A stretch of DNA of 64,000 nucleotides from Camelus ferus (Eukaryota). Position numbers and translations under genes: made by a program. The stretch is taken from positions 90,274,001 to 90,338,000 of the forward strand of contig NC_045696.1 in the NCBI RefSeq assembly GCF_009834535.1, read 5' to 3'. Numbering within the stretch: the stretch's first letter is position 1; each line of letters starts with the position of its first letter. Positions 26,901 through 39,039 of this stretch are shown here, in pieces. The notes beneath the pieces are model-generated. The model was not told the origin of the DNA. It saw only the letters and a program-made list of their open reading frames with translations, and did not search any database.

Positions 26901-29900
26901 CCAGAAGGGGTAATAGTAACAGTTTAAGCGTCTAAAATCAGACAAACTCACAGCTCAGCTAACAAAAAATTCCCGGAGAGGTAAAGCCCGAACCTCTCTA
27001 ATCATTTCAATTTGCAAAGGGACAAGAGAAGCACAAAAAGACTGAAATTCCATCCATCCCGGCAGCTCTGTAATGGGAGTATTTTGGTCTCATGGGTCTC
27101 ATGAGGACCCTAAATTCATCAATCAGATCAAAGCCAAGCCGCCCTGGCTGATGGAGAGGTGGCTGCCTGAGGTGTGGCTCACTCCACCTCCTCCTCAGGT
27201 CTCCCCACCACTCCCATTACCCTCACTCTGCATCCTAGAAGCCCCTGAGATTCCTTCCTAGAAAGTAGGGCACCTCAGAACACAGATGAATGGCTTATAA
27301 CTAATTTGTGACCACACAGAGAAACACCTGAAGATCACTAGTAACCACAATGGCATCACTGAGAATGAGTCATCTCCTTCCTTCACAAGTCATCAGACAA
27401 CAAGATCCACAAAATGCCACAGACATATCTGCTTGCACAAAATATATAACAAAGTACCCAGAATGTCCTTGTGGGTAAAATTCATAAAATTTAGAAAACC
27501 ACACTAGCTATCAAAGAATTCCAAATTAAAATAATATTTAGATGTTTTCTAAAAAATTGATAAAATGACTTTTTTTAAAGTAAAAATCATCTATACTCTC
27601 AAAGCTATAATTAATAGTATCCTCTCATAGCCCACAGATGGGGATGTAAATATTTCTGAGAGGACAGGGTGGAAAAAGGTCCCAACAGTCCTAAGAAACC
27701 CTAACAAACTCTGACTCAGTAATAATTCCACTCCTAGTAACTTAGCCTCAGGAAACAATCAGAGACGCAGACGAGTTTTAAGAGTATCACATAATAGCAC
27801 TATTTATGGTAGCGGAAAATTAGAACGAACCTACATGTACAAAAATATAGAAATGTTAAATATATGATATACATGTGTGCTATATATTTCATATGATGAA
27901 ATAGCACATTAAAAACTTTTTGTACTGGGTTTCTTCCCTATGACTATGTTACAAGCATTCTCATGCCATTTACATAGTCTTTGAAACCTTGATTTTTCAA
28001 TAGCAAGGATTTTTTTTTAAAAAACCTCTACTCATAGGAGTGCATGAGGAAAAAATCTAACAGGATTTGGGACTGCCAAAACACCTTATAGGTTGCATTA
28101 ATAACAGCATAATGCTGTGCCCCTGGGTACTCTCTCTCAGACCAAACCTGAAACACCATGATCATTTCCAGGCTCCAAACGCTGAGAGGAATACTGGCCA
28201 CCTGCGGTGAAGTCCAGAGAGGTGTGAGCTGAAACCTATGCCACATGGCTTAGACAACCACAGGAAACAAGCATGTCTAAGACCTTCGGAGCTGCCTTGG
28301 TAAGCAAAGTGCTGTGCACAGCAGAGGAAACATTCACTAGAGGACAGAAGTCGGAGCAGTCAGTAAAAGCTACTCACGCAGGCAGATTTCATGTCTATGT
28401 GAGGTTGAGTTTCACAAACTTAATTGTAGTAGATGAGCTGTTCCATCACTCGGTGAGCTTCTAATCACCGGAAATGTGCGAGCAGACTGGATGACCAGAT
28501 GTAAAGACTTCCATAGCAGGAATGCCAAAAATGGGTACAGAAACTAGAGACAAAACCTTTATGATCCTTCCCAATACTCAGATTCTTTAACTAATGAATG
28601 CTCAATTAGGGATTTTAGACTGTTTCCTAAGTGAAATAAGGGTAGAAATGCCTTAACTAAAGTAAGTGCTATACTATGGTCTAGAAAAATATATTAAAAA
28701 TCAGTATCTAAGTTATACACAAATAGACTTCATCTTGTAATCTTTAACAGGTAACTAAAAGATTCAATTTTTTGCTTCCTATTTGGCTTCATTACATTTG
28801 TCATACTTACAATTCTAGCCATGCTAAGTTGGAGTCCAAACACAAGGTTTAATTCTTTGCCTTTAAACCAACTCACAGCATATGTATTCTGGGCAACTGC
28901 TAAGGACTCCCCACCAATCCTAGAATGAGGAAAAAAATTCACAGCTTTTAAAGAAATACCACAGTTAGCAATACAGCAGGTCTAAAATTTTGACACCCTT
29001 CCTATCAAAAGGTGGGGTCTATGTCCCCTCCCCTGAATCTAGGTGAGACTGTGACTGCTTTGAACAGTAAAATATGGTGGAAGCAGCATTGTGTGATCCC
29101 AAGGCTGGGTCATACAGGATGACATCTGCCTTTTCATTCAAACATTTGCATTTAGAGCCTTGAGTCCCCTTATAAGAAGTCCAACTACCCTGAGTTCACC
29201 ACACTATGAGAAAGCCAAAACACATGGAGAGGCCAGGCTTAGGCGCTCCAGCCAGCAATGCCAGCCTCAAAGCCACCCCAGCCTAGGCTCCAGACATCAG
29301 GTGCACAGACACACTGTCCATGCTGCACCCTGTCCAAATTCCCAACCCACAAAGTCCACAATGTAACGGTTGCCTTATACTGCTAAGTGTGGGTGAGTTA
29401 ATATGCTACAATGATAACCATGACTGGCAATAAAAGGAGTTTGGGCTACCACATGACCATCTATGCTATATAAAACATTCATGTGGGGAGAGTGGGCCAC
29501 ACTTTGTGAAAACACAAAAATCAGCACTTTTCAGGCCAACATCTTCCATATTCAACATTCTCCTATTTCCTGGGTTTTAATTTCCCTTCTTTAAGTTCTA
29601 CATATTGACCTTCAGTCAGGAGGCTCCTCTCCTCTGTATCCTAACACTGAGCCCTCCTCATCACACTGTCCCAGTCCAGAAATGGTTCCCCTCTCTTCTG
29701 CTAATCCAAATCCTACACTGATGTCAGGGCCCACTTCATCCATGATTTCAGACCGTCTCTGAATCCCTTTCTTATCTCATACACATTTTTTTTCCTTCTC
29801 TCTCACTTAGAGCCCTTTTAGGGGTATGTCACATATGTCTACATGTCCCGGCTACCTGTGAAAAGCTTAAATATTATGTTATCTGCCTCCCTCCAGGCAG

Positions 29901-32900
29901 GAAGCCCAAGGCTGAACTCAGAATGAGCTTAATGAACAGACACTGAAATTCATGAAGGGCAATCAGTCTTTTGGTAATATGCTCATCCAAGCCTCTTCAA
30001 CACAGTTCAAAAAGACCTATACATTACCACTAAGAAACAGTAAAATGGCCATCAATCACCCACCTGGAAACTGATGGTCTATACTTTTCTAAATGAGGTT
30101 TAAATCATAGTCTTCAATACAGCAGAAAAGCAAAACACCTGAAAAACTATTCCTGGAGAACTAGTTTATATTCAAACCCTACACAGAGTTAACTATGACC
30201 ACTCAAGATCGCTGCTTACTTTAAAGGAAAATTAAGAAAACTGTTAAACAGTCTTATACATATAGCTAGATTTCAAGGATTTAAATTCTCCAGAAGACAC
30301 AATAATATATATTTTTTTAACTTTGGTAAATTGATAGATGAGCACTAAAACAGTAATATAGTAGGGATAAACAAAAATTATCCAGAACTTACCCAAACAC
30401 AAATCTTCCAATTTCCATCAACCAAAAAGCATTAAATATTCCACCCAGAGCAAAAACAACCTACGATATAGGATATAATATAAAAACAATGAAAAGTAAA
30501 TTCAAGAAATTCAAAAGAAATAAATAACTTAGGGTGAAACACAACTTCTACAATGGTTTCAATATTCCTTCTTAGTAAATCTGTGAAAATTAAATATTAA
30601 TGTTCATCTGCCTCAAGGTTTAAAATGGACTATGCATTATGCTACATGGGGACTGCTGAACCCTGCTTAATTAGATTAGGCATTCATTAAACATATCTTT
30701 GTTAGTGGAATTGGATAAGAATTCAAGAGTCACTGTCACAATGAATCAATGAATGCTTTGGCTTCTCTTACCTGTCCAATGCAAACAAAGCAGCTAAAAA
30801 TAATGGTGCCCCATCTGTTAGAGAAAGAGAGAATGAATTAAGAGTTATGTCACCAAGTCCTTCAGTAATAATTTACTTTGGGTTTCTTTGACCCTTCTGC
30901 ATTCCCTCCAAAGAAAGAAAAATGAGGTGCTGGCTGGCCTCTGAATTCAGCAGCTTTCGTAGGCTGAACGCCAATCTACAGAAGTCTTGACTTCTAAGAG
31001 GATTCCAGAGGCTTCAGTGATGGCATAGGTTTTTTTAAGCCATTATCACCTCTTAAACAAAACTTATTAAATCATCTTTAAGAAGTTCCCGGGGTTCCCA
31101 TTTAAAAATGGACATTCTTTATAAAATTTTTATTGAGTTTAGGATTGATTCTGAGGAATTCCAGATTAATTTTAAGTGGTTATAATTCTTGAAAACTAGA
31201 AACTATTTTAAAAGGTTATTTATCATTCATGCTGATAAAATTACAACTCGGCCTATTCTAACATTCTGTGCTTTACCTCATTAATGTTTGCCCAGAGGAA
31301 TAACGTGGCAGTATTAGAAGAGTCCTTAAAGATCACAGGAGTAAACCATCCTTCTGAACTCAAATCCCTCCAAAGATCCTTGTGAAATGGTCATACCACA
31401 GTCTACTGGAAAATTTACTGTGGTCCCAAGGCAATTCATGACCCCCCCGTCACTCTGATCAAGCGAAGTCTTCAGCATACTAAGAGGAATCTGTCTCCCT
31501 GACGTTCAAGCTAATTCTACTCCTATAGACCAAGCAAAATAAATTTAAGTCCTCCTTTACACATTCTTTAAAATATTTAAAAGTTAATCCCCAAGTTTAA
31601 ACACCTAGAGTTTCTTCTTTTCCACCAGACATGGCTGGAAAACCCATGATCATTTTGCTCTCTGCCTTCTGAAAATATTCCGAGTCTACATGCCTCCTAA
31701 AGTCTCCACTAACAACACACACACACAGTCAATCATTAGGACGGAAACTGACAAAGCTTATAATGTTATGCCTTCCTCAGCATCTAATAGGAGTGGCCAC
31801 AAAAAGTTCGTTGCCTAAAGAAAGGTAAAAGAGAAGATCTCACTGAGGCTGGGAGCGGCAAATACAACATATGTGCCAAATACTGTGCAACCATCTCTCT
31901 CAATCCTTACAACTACCTTGCAAGGCAGAAGTTATTATCCATATTTTACCAATGAGGAGACGGAAGCTCAGGAAACTGGGAACAGCTCAGAATAGCTATG
32001 AAGTTGAGTAAGTGGCACCAATGGGATTCAGACCCTGACTGGCTGGTTCCAAGTGAGGGCATAATTTATCTTTTGATAACCAAGTTACCATATTTCATGA
32101 ACAGCATTTACCGTAACTGAAATACCAAACAAGTTTCAAAAACCAATTCCAGAGATATAAAAATCACACACACAAAAAAACTAACACAGATTATCATAGT
32201 CAATACACAAATTCATTCAGTTCTTTCTAGAAATACTTCATCTAGTTGTGTTTTCTTAATAATCACATTCTGCCCATAAGTGAGATTTTTGTCCAAGCTT
32301 ACCGTATTCCAAATACTCGGTCTATCAAAAAGCCACCAAAGAAACACAAAACTACATTAGGCCAAGAATACCAGGCATACAGCAGCATGAATTTCGTGGT
32401 ATTCACCTGCATATCCTACATGGAAAGAAAAAAAAAGAACTTTTTTTTTCCAAACAGTTAAGTTTAATAACTAACAAACCAAAACATTCTTTCTGGTAGG
32501 TCATGCATCTTCTTAATTACCTGCAGTCACTAACTGCTTTGAGATTCTCACAACAGCCATGGCCCTTGCCCCAGAAAAATGGTCACACCTAGGAACTTCT
32601 TGAGTCTGCAGCCATTTCAGAGGCTTCATGGAGTTCAGTTCTCCCACTACAGGGACCACCTCTGACTACCTCTGCCTGTATCTTCTATATTTTTATTTCC
32701 CGTGTACTATACCTGCATTGGGGCTCCCCCTACACAGAAAAGGATTATCTTAGCCTATCTCTTCCCTCCCCCCACTAATTCCTACCTTCATTCTAGAATG
32801 TGAAGGGCCAATCTATGTATTTCTCCCTGTCCAAAGTATAAAACAAAAAAAACCAACAACAAAAAAACCTTACAAAGGAAAAAAATTATCTAAATATACA

Positions 32901-35399
32901 AGAAACTGTAAATATCAAACATTTTTACAAAGCTAGACTAAACATACTGACTGACATGGAAAATCCTCTAGAATCTATACCCATATTTAAAAAATGGATA
33001 TTGCCATCCTACCAAATCATTTGTCACTCAGATGATTACATAATGGGACAGAGAAATGCAAACAAAAATCTGCTAATACTTTTTGGCAATACTGTGGAAA
33101 TTTTGGCAATACTTTTTTCCAATACTATGGAAATAGCAATTGTTTATTGAAGGTGTGAAACAATATCAAGTCACAAGTGCTATAAATGAATTATTTGTAG
33201 CCACTCATTCCAACTCAAGGATACTCCTTGCTGCACAAGGTTTGGTGACAACAGATGTTAAAATGGATTCTCTGGATGTTTCAGACTAGGCAACAATACA
33301 TCTGCTCCCCAGAGCCAATGAAAGAAACAAAGGTGGAAAATCAACTTACCCGTTTAACCTGAGTCTGAAGGGCAGCAGGATTATCATAGCAAAAATAGCT
33401 GCCTAGAAAAATGAAAAACAAATATTTTTAAGCAATAATACTTCCCATATAAAAGTTTCAAGTTGCAATTACTACTCAAATGGTGATTTTAAATGCTTAT
33501 ACTAGGGGCTTGAGGACAGACACTGCTAAATCTTTTTGGGGCCACGTCTTTGTCCAGCAATATTTTCTAAGTTGCAGCTAAATAACCCACAGAAAATATG
33601 CCAAGTTATTTACAAATTATTAGTGTGCACACACAGCAAATACTGGGAACCTGGATTAAGATGTTAATCAACAACTAATTCTTTCACTTTACTTTCATGT
33701 TTCATATGTCTGTTGTTTTATTAGCATCTTCATGAAGTAGCTATATTTTCCTTAAAGCTACCAAAACACACACACACTGAAAATTTCAAAAACATCCTTA
33801 GCAGTTTCCTAGTAATGTTACCTAAAGTCACCACTTATCTTGAGAGCAGAGGAATAGAGTTTAACTAGCCTGACTAAACCTGTTTTTGAAACAAGAATTC
33901 TATTTCTACAAACAGAATACCCAAGGTAAAATAACTTAGCAAATGCAGTGCCAAGAATGAAGAAAAATAAGAATTTTAAATGATTGAATTAAAACACAAT
34001 AATAATGTCTTTTGGAGGGTAACAGAGAAATGGGGAGAGGGTGGACAGTCTTGCACTCAGATTTATTTTTTCAGTAATAAAATTGACAGATTTTTGATAG
34101 GCCACAAGATAATGTTGCCTCCATCTCTCCACGAACTCTGTCTACAAGTTTCAAGTTGCAATTAAATTTGAAGCCACCAGTTCAAAAGAAAGAAAATTGT
34201 CATTAGAACGGTATGAACCTGGCTTCTAAAATCCATTCAGGTAACCACAATTTACTAAAAATAATCTGCTTAAGTAGGGGCAATTTTAAGTGTTTTGTAT
34301 TGTTCTTGTTTTTTGTTCCTAAACTCAGAAATTTATGATTCCTGACTTAATCTCTGTAAGGGATACCAATGTCAGGCGTTAAAGCTAATGAATGGGCACC
34401 ATCTTCCCACAAAGGGAGGAGAGGGAACAGAGAGTTGCAAAGAAACTAAAGCCCAAAGCATCCTCCATGCGTTCTTCTACATCCCAGCAGAAGCATGAAG
34501 TTATCCACCATGATGTTCCTAAACCTGTTGATTACACCGATTCCAACGAAACCCATAAAAACACATTATTACTTCCATATCAAACTGATACTGACATTCT
34601 AATGTTGCTGAATAAATGAGTTGCTGGAACACAGGCAGATACTTTAAAAATTATCTCAAGAAACTGCTTTCAGGGTCACCGGATTTCACAACTTAAACCA
34701 AACACCGTCAAGTCACCACAAGTCCAAACCAGTACGATTGCTTCACATCCACACTGGCAGAGCGTAAGAGCATGAGAACATACCTACTCAGTGAAGCTAT
34801 CAACGAAACACACATTCATTTTCCCAAAGAGGGTGAGAAACATACAAAAGACTGCCCATTAATGATTCAATCAAAACCTTACAGTGAGGGTTAGAGGGTG
34901 GGAGGGAGACGGAGGGCAGTTAAATCTTTCTGAGAATAAAGTGTCATGAGAGAAACCTTGACGATCTAGGGATTCCTTCCTATCTGGGGCCCCAGGAAGC
35001 AAGTTGCTAGCCTCTGGGACTTCTCGGAGAGCAAAGTGGGGCAGAACTCTCCCAGCTCAATCCCCTGACCCCCCACCTTCGGGACACCAATAGCTAGCAA
35101 CGTCCACAGGCTTGGATGGGGTCGCAAAGGAAAAAAGAAGGTAAGCCCAGAAGCTGCGCTGAGGCCGCGTGGGAAAGTTGGGAATTCCGAGATGATCAGC
35201 TCCACCCCACCAGGGCGGTCGGCTCACCAAAGCCAAGGAAGCACATCAGCAACAGCACCAAAAGCCGGTGCGCCAGGCGACTGGGGTCGCAGAGGGCCGG
35301 CAGCGCCCCGGGGGCCGCGAGAGTGGCGGGGTCACCTCCGTCCCCCTCGTCAGGGCCGCCGGGCAGCAGCGCCCTCGCTTCCTCACCCTCCTCCTCCAT
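14906..35399 (-). CDS. MFSD1: Major facilitator superfamily domain-containing protein 1 (lysosomal transporter); 16 coding exons, 1407 nt, 468 aa
   Basis: All 16 exons located by hand with GT-AG boundaries and consistent phases. Translation MEEEGEEARALL...CDPSRLAHRLLVLLLMCFLGFGSYFCYDNPAALQ...GGNLNYSAKQREEIKLSHAE matches MFSD1. Confidence 0.97.
16183..16240 (-). CDS. MFSD1: MFSD1 exon 15 (58 nt)
   Basis: GNLNYSAKQREEIKLSHA(E); donor GA|GTAAGT. Confidence 0.95.
17121..17168 (-). CDS. MFSD1: MFSD1 exon 14 (48 nt)
   Basis: (L)SLLSVVLLYLVNRAQ(G). Confidence 0.95.
18673..18785 (-). CDS. MFSD1: MFSD1 exon 13 (113 nt)
   Basis: MQSIQNLGLAVISIIAGMILDTRGYLFLEVFFIACVS. Confidence 0.95.
19352..19449 (-). 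CDS. MFSD1: MFSD1 exon 12 (98 nt)
   Basis: CLLGLSYSLLACALWPMVAFVVPEHQLGTAYG(F). Confidence 0.95.
20749..20905 (-). CDS. MFSD1: MFSD1 exon 11 (157 nt)
   Basis: IVYVISAPMSPVFGLLVDKTGKNIIWVLCAVVTTLASHMMLAFTLWNPWIAM. Confidence 0.95.
21251..21307 (-). CDS. MFSD1: MFSD1 exon 10 (57 nt)
   Basis: VFFTEKFGFSSQAASAIN(S). Confidence 0.95.
22226..22337 (-). CDS. MFSD1: MFSD1 exon 9 (112 nt)
   Basis: EVIKLTDVKDFSLPLWLIFIICVCYYVAVFPFIGLG(K). Confidence 0.95.
22815..22913 (-). CDS. MFSD1: MFSD1 exon 8 (99 nt)
   Basis: GITCILSLVCALALAYLDQRAERILHKEQGKT(G). Confidence 0.95.
23690..23840. mobile_element. MIR SINE
   Basis: GACCTTGGACAAG...AACCTCTCTGGGCTTCAATTTTCCCATCTGTAAAAT. Confidence 0.65.
24736..24838 (-). 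CDS. MFSD1: MFSD1 exon 7 (103 nt)
   Basis: GSTVNMNLMGWLYSKVEASLGSAGHTTLGVTLMI(G); donor GTTAGT. Confidence 0.93.
25260..26550. mobile_element. L2 element in MFSD1 intron 6
   Basis: (CATT)n tail, GATGGGAAGCCACTGG, AAGCTAACAGGATTTGCT, AATGCTACTGACAGGTC L2 motifs. Confidence 0.7.
28811..28919 (-). CDS. MFSD1: MFSD1 exon 6 (109 nt)
   Basis: IGGESLAVAQNTYAVSWFKGKELNLVFGLQLSMARI. Confidence 0.95.
28980..29430. mobile_element. MaLR (MLT1-type) solo LTR in MFSD1 intron 5
   Basis: TTTGACACCCTTCCTATCAAAAGGTGGGGTCTATGTCCCCTCCCCTGAATCT...AGTCCAACTACCCTGAG MLT1 motifs. Confidence 0.7.
30393..30460 (-). CDS. MFSD1: MFSD1 exon 5 (68 nt)
   Basis: VVFALGGIFNAFWLMEIGRFVF(G). Confidence 0.95.
30772..30814 (-). 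CDS. MFSD1: MFSD1 exon 4 (43 nt)
   Basis: WGTIIFSCFVCIGQ. Confidence 0.95.
31860..32050. mobile_element. MIR SINE
   Basis: AATCCTTACAAC...ATTTTACCAATGAGGAGACGGAAGCTCAG. Confidence 0.65.
32303..32415 (-). CDS. MFSD1: MFSD1 exon 3 (113 nt)
   Basis: DMQVNTTKFMLLYAWYSWPNVVLCFFGGFLIDRVFGI(R). Confidence 0.95.
33350..33402 (-). CDS. MFSD1: MFSD1 exon 2 (53 nt)
   Basis: (G)SYFCYDNPAALQTQVKR; AG acceptor, GTAAG donor. Confidence 0.95.
35228..35399 (-). CDS. MFSD1: MFSD1 coding exon 1 (172 nt)
   Basis: ATG at 35399; MEEEGEEARALL...MCFLGF; donor G|GTGAG. Confidence 0.95.
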
Positions 35400-35442
35400 T
35401 GGACCGGCGGGAGATCCGGAGCAGAGCCCGGGGCAAACTGCA

Positions 35443-35523
35443 CTCACATGACCGCGGTCGCTCACGTGACGCCGCGGCGGGTCACGCAGGGACACGCTCA
35501 CGTGAGCGGGCGTGGTCACGTGG
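35443..35523. promoter_or_regulatory. Cluster of four E-box/CLEAR-like motifs (TFEB/TFE3/MITF, USF)
   Basis: TCACATGAC 35444-35452, CTCACGTGAC 35461-35470, palindrome CGCTCACGTGAGCG 35495-35508, GTCACGTGG 35515-35523. Confidence 0.8.
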
Positions 35524-37084
35524 GGGGCAGGGCCGGCGAGGAAGGCGGAGTGGCGGCGGCGTTCGCTTTCTTCCCGGACTGTCTTCGGCACCTGCCCCGG
35601 GCCTTCCGCCGCCGACCGCGCTGCTCTGCTGCTTCTTGCCCTGCTCCGGCTGCCGACCCGGCGCCGCTCTGCCGGGAAAGTGCGGGCCTCCCCGCCGCGG
35701 CCCGAAGCCAGGCTCCTCCTGCGGGGTCCCACCTGCGCTAGGGACCCGAAAGCGCGCGCCGCCCTTCTCGCAGCTTTGCTCTCCGCAGGCTCTTTGGCAG
35801 CTCTTAATTCCACACAGTTGATTGAGCATCTTATAATTTGTCAAGTCACCTGCCAGGTACTGGGAATACAAAATGGAGTGAGACAAACTCTCCGACCTCA
35901 TAAGAGTTAACGGTTTAGTTGGAGAGAGCGACAGATACCGGTACTTTAAAGGACGCTATGGCGAATGGACGAATGTAGTGAGAACAGTGGCTGGAATAAG
36001 CACGGAATTCTATAGGGATGCGTGGGAGAAGCGTTTGAGAAAGAATAAGTTTAACCAGCTTTGGCGGAAAAGTGGCGGCGGAGGGGGTGAAGAGTGCTGA
36101 GGGTCTTTGAAGTTCATACGTAAGTTAGAATTAGTAAGAATGAGCCAGTAGTGATACCTGTATGAGGGCGTGGGTTATGGAGGAGTGAGGAGGGGGCGTT
36201 AGGAGGGATAATAAAGATGCAAGCATGAAACAAGGATGTGTGTGCGCGCGCGCTTGGTCTGAGAATGTGAGAAGGAACTCCAGAGTAGACACAACTAACC
36301 AGCTCCAGGAGGAGCCAGAGCAGAGTAGCAAGAATGCAAGACGTGTTTTTAAAAATTCCATCTGGCAACACAACCCGACCCCCCACTTTTGGAGGTGTGA
36401 GGGGGTGCCAGGCTTGCCAACAGGATTTTGAGGGTGACAAAGCTAGAGATTGGATAACGATGAGGATTATTAGCTATCAAGAAGATTAGAGGTGGCAAGG
36501 GCCTATACTGGGGAATAGGGATGGGACAAATGAAGCAGAGTGTTTAGGAGGTGAAATGGGGATGACTTTGTGAATAATAGCTTATGAGGTCTGAGAGAAA
36601 GGAAGGACTTGAGATTGTCTCCCAAATTTGTAGCGTGCGCCCCAGATACAGGTGAGAATATAGGAAAAGAAGAGAGTAAGTGAGGATGCCAGAGAAGATA
36701 GATCATTTTTGACTGTGTTGCCTTTGCGATGTCCACATAAGATGATTACACTTTCCATCTCATGCTCTCTTCAGCTCCAAAGGAGAAGCCCCAGTCTAAT
36801 GGAGCTGCCTTGCCAAGATGACTAGCAACTCCCATCTTCCCAGTTACAGTGCTCGCTTCTCTGCCCTCATCTTACTCCACTTCTCAGCGTCACTTGATGC
36901 AGTTGACAGCCCCTCCCTTCATGGCCCCCTTGACACTACACTTGCCTTGTTTCTCTTCTGGTTTACTGGGCTCTTATTTGTTGTCTCACTTGTCAGCTCC
37001 TCTTCTACCTGATCAAGTGCTCCAGAGTCCAGTCCTGAACTCTATTCCACTCATCCAGTCCCATAGCTTCAAACATCATCACGG

Positions 37085-37405
37085 TTCTCTACTGTCCAAT
37101 AGGTAGCCATCACCACATGTGACAAGTTGACACTTCATACATATCATGTGTCATGGCTTGTCCTAATTGAAATGTGCTGTAAGTGTAAAATACACACCAG
37201 ATTTCAAAGACTTAGTATGAAAAAATGAATATAAGATACCTTGTTCATTTATATACTGATTATATGTTAAAATGATAATATTTACATATATTGGATCAAA
37301 TAGAATATATTAAAATTAATTTCACCTGCTTTTAGCTTTTAATGTGGCTGATAGAAAATTTTGAATTATGTATGTGGCTTACATTATATTTCTATTTATT
37401 GGTGC
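37085..37405. mobile_element. hAT-Charlie DNA transposon relic (MER3/MER33-like) within L2 sequence
   Basis: CTGTCCAATAG...TGTGCTGTAAGTGTAAAATACACACCAGATTTCAAAGACTTAGTA. Confidence 0.65.
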
Positions 37406-37849
37406 TGATTTATATGCTGATACCTCCAAAATACCTTAATTCTGAACTCCTTTCTTGAGCAGTAAGATTGCTTTTCCTGCTGACATCTCTACGTGGATGA
37501 CCAATAGGCATTTCAAACCTTGCATATCCTGCACAGAATCCTTGAGTTCTCTCAGACATTTTATACCTGTTCCTCCCTAATTGCCCACCAGCAAAGTAAA
37601 TGGCACATCTCTCCACCAATTGCCAGCCACGAGCCTAGCAGTCATCCTTGACAGCGTACCTATCTCATCACCCACATCTACTCCACCTTTGGAATTTTCC
37701 TGTCAACTTCCCTTTAAAACGTATCCTGAATCCATGCATGATGTCCACCACTACTGTTCTTGTAAGACTGGTATCATTTGCACAACTGCAACAGACCTTT
37801 AGTTTTTTTTTTTTTTTTTTTTTTTTGCTTACTTTTAATGAAAAATGAA

Positions 37850-38650
37850 TATACCTAGTATGACATTCAAACAGTACCAAAGAGAATGGAGCTCAAGGCA
37901 AATCTTTTCTTTCAATCCCCAGTTCTTTTGGGAAGTAATCACTATTACTAGATTCCTTTGTATCTTCCCAGAGATATCCCACACAGTTCTTTATTTTCTT
38001 TGAACCCAATAATATAACAGCAATTGCCTTCATTTTTTTGTAACATATGCAAAGGATTTTGTTGTATGGGTGTGTCACACTTTTCTTGGCAACTCCCCTA
38101 TTGGTGGACATTTAAGTTGTTTACAAACTACTGTACACAGTCCTGCAATGAATTGCTTGGACAATGGTCATTTCACATCTACCTGTAGAATAAATTCCTA
38201 AAAGTAGAATTGCTAAGTCAAATAGCTATACTTTTAAATTTTTGTTAAATAGTGTCAAATTGTTTTCCATGAAAGTCCAGTTGACACTCCCATCAGTTGG
38301 TACCAGTTGACACTCCCATCAGCAATGCCGGAAAGAGCCTGTTTCCCACATCATCCCTAATTAAGCTTGTTATCAGATTTTTGGTCTTTAATCTAGTAAA
38401 TGAAAAATGGCTATCATGGTTTTGTCTCAATTTGCACTTCTGTTAGAGTGTAGGTTGAACCTCTTTATATGATTAATAGCCACTTACATTTTGTAGTAAT
38501 TCATCTCGTATCCTTTGCTTGTTTTTTCAGATGAGTCATTTGCTTTCTCTTATTAATAAATTGGCTCTTTGTCAGTGGTGTGAGTTGCAAATATTTCTCT
38601 TGACTATGCTTATGGTATATTTTTCTGTATAATTTTTTAGTGTAAATTTT
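37850..38650 (-). mobile_element. Old L1 (L1M) 3' region, antisense
   Basis: GGTGGACATTTAAGTTGTTT, TAAATTCCTAAAAGTAGAATTGCTAAGTCAAA, GTTGCAAATATTTCTC. Confidence 0.6.
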
Positions 38651-39039
38651 TTCCCCTAACTCCAGGGATTTGCTTCCCACTCAAGATTTTTAACAGCCTT
38701 AACTGGCTTCCTACTTCCACTATTGCATTTCTAGGCCTACCCAGCGATCAGAATGATCTTTTTAGTTAGTTTATGGTTTGGTTTGTCAAAGGATAAAGAG
38801 AGAACCATCCAATAGGTGAACTAAAAAAGACAAAACTAGATTTATTGTGTACTCTTGTAAGGGAGATCTATGTGGGTAGGCACAGTCTTACCAGAGCAGA
38901 GCAAGCCGTGGATCCTGTATAGGGCTTATGGGAAGTATGGAGTTCAGGGGTAGGTGCATTTAGGAGGCAAAACAGTTGGACATCATCTGTCTAATTGCGC
39001 TAGCTAATATCTCCAGTTCAGTGTTAGATAACGGTGGAA

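Larger units (their letters stand above)
35150..35800. promoter_or_regulatory. CpG-island promoter of MFSD1
   Basis: Very GC- and CpG-rich stretch spanning exon 1 and upstream, within otherwise AT-rich, CpG-depleted DNA. Confidence 0.9.

Noticed and set aside
34966..35910. Multiple long ORFs across the CpG island
   Set aside because: Stop-poor GC-rich DNA; only the MFSD1 exon 1 frame is supported
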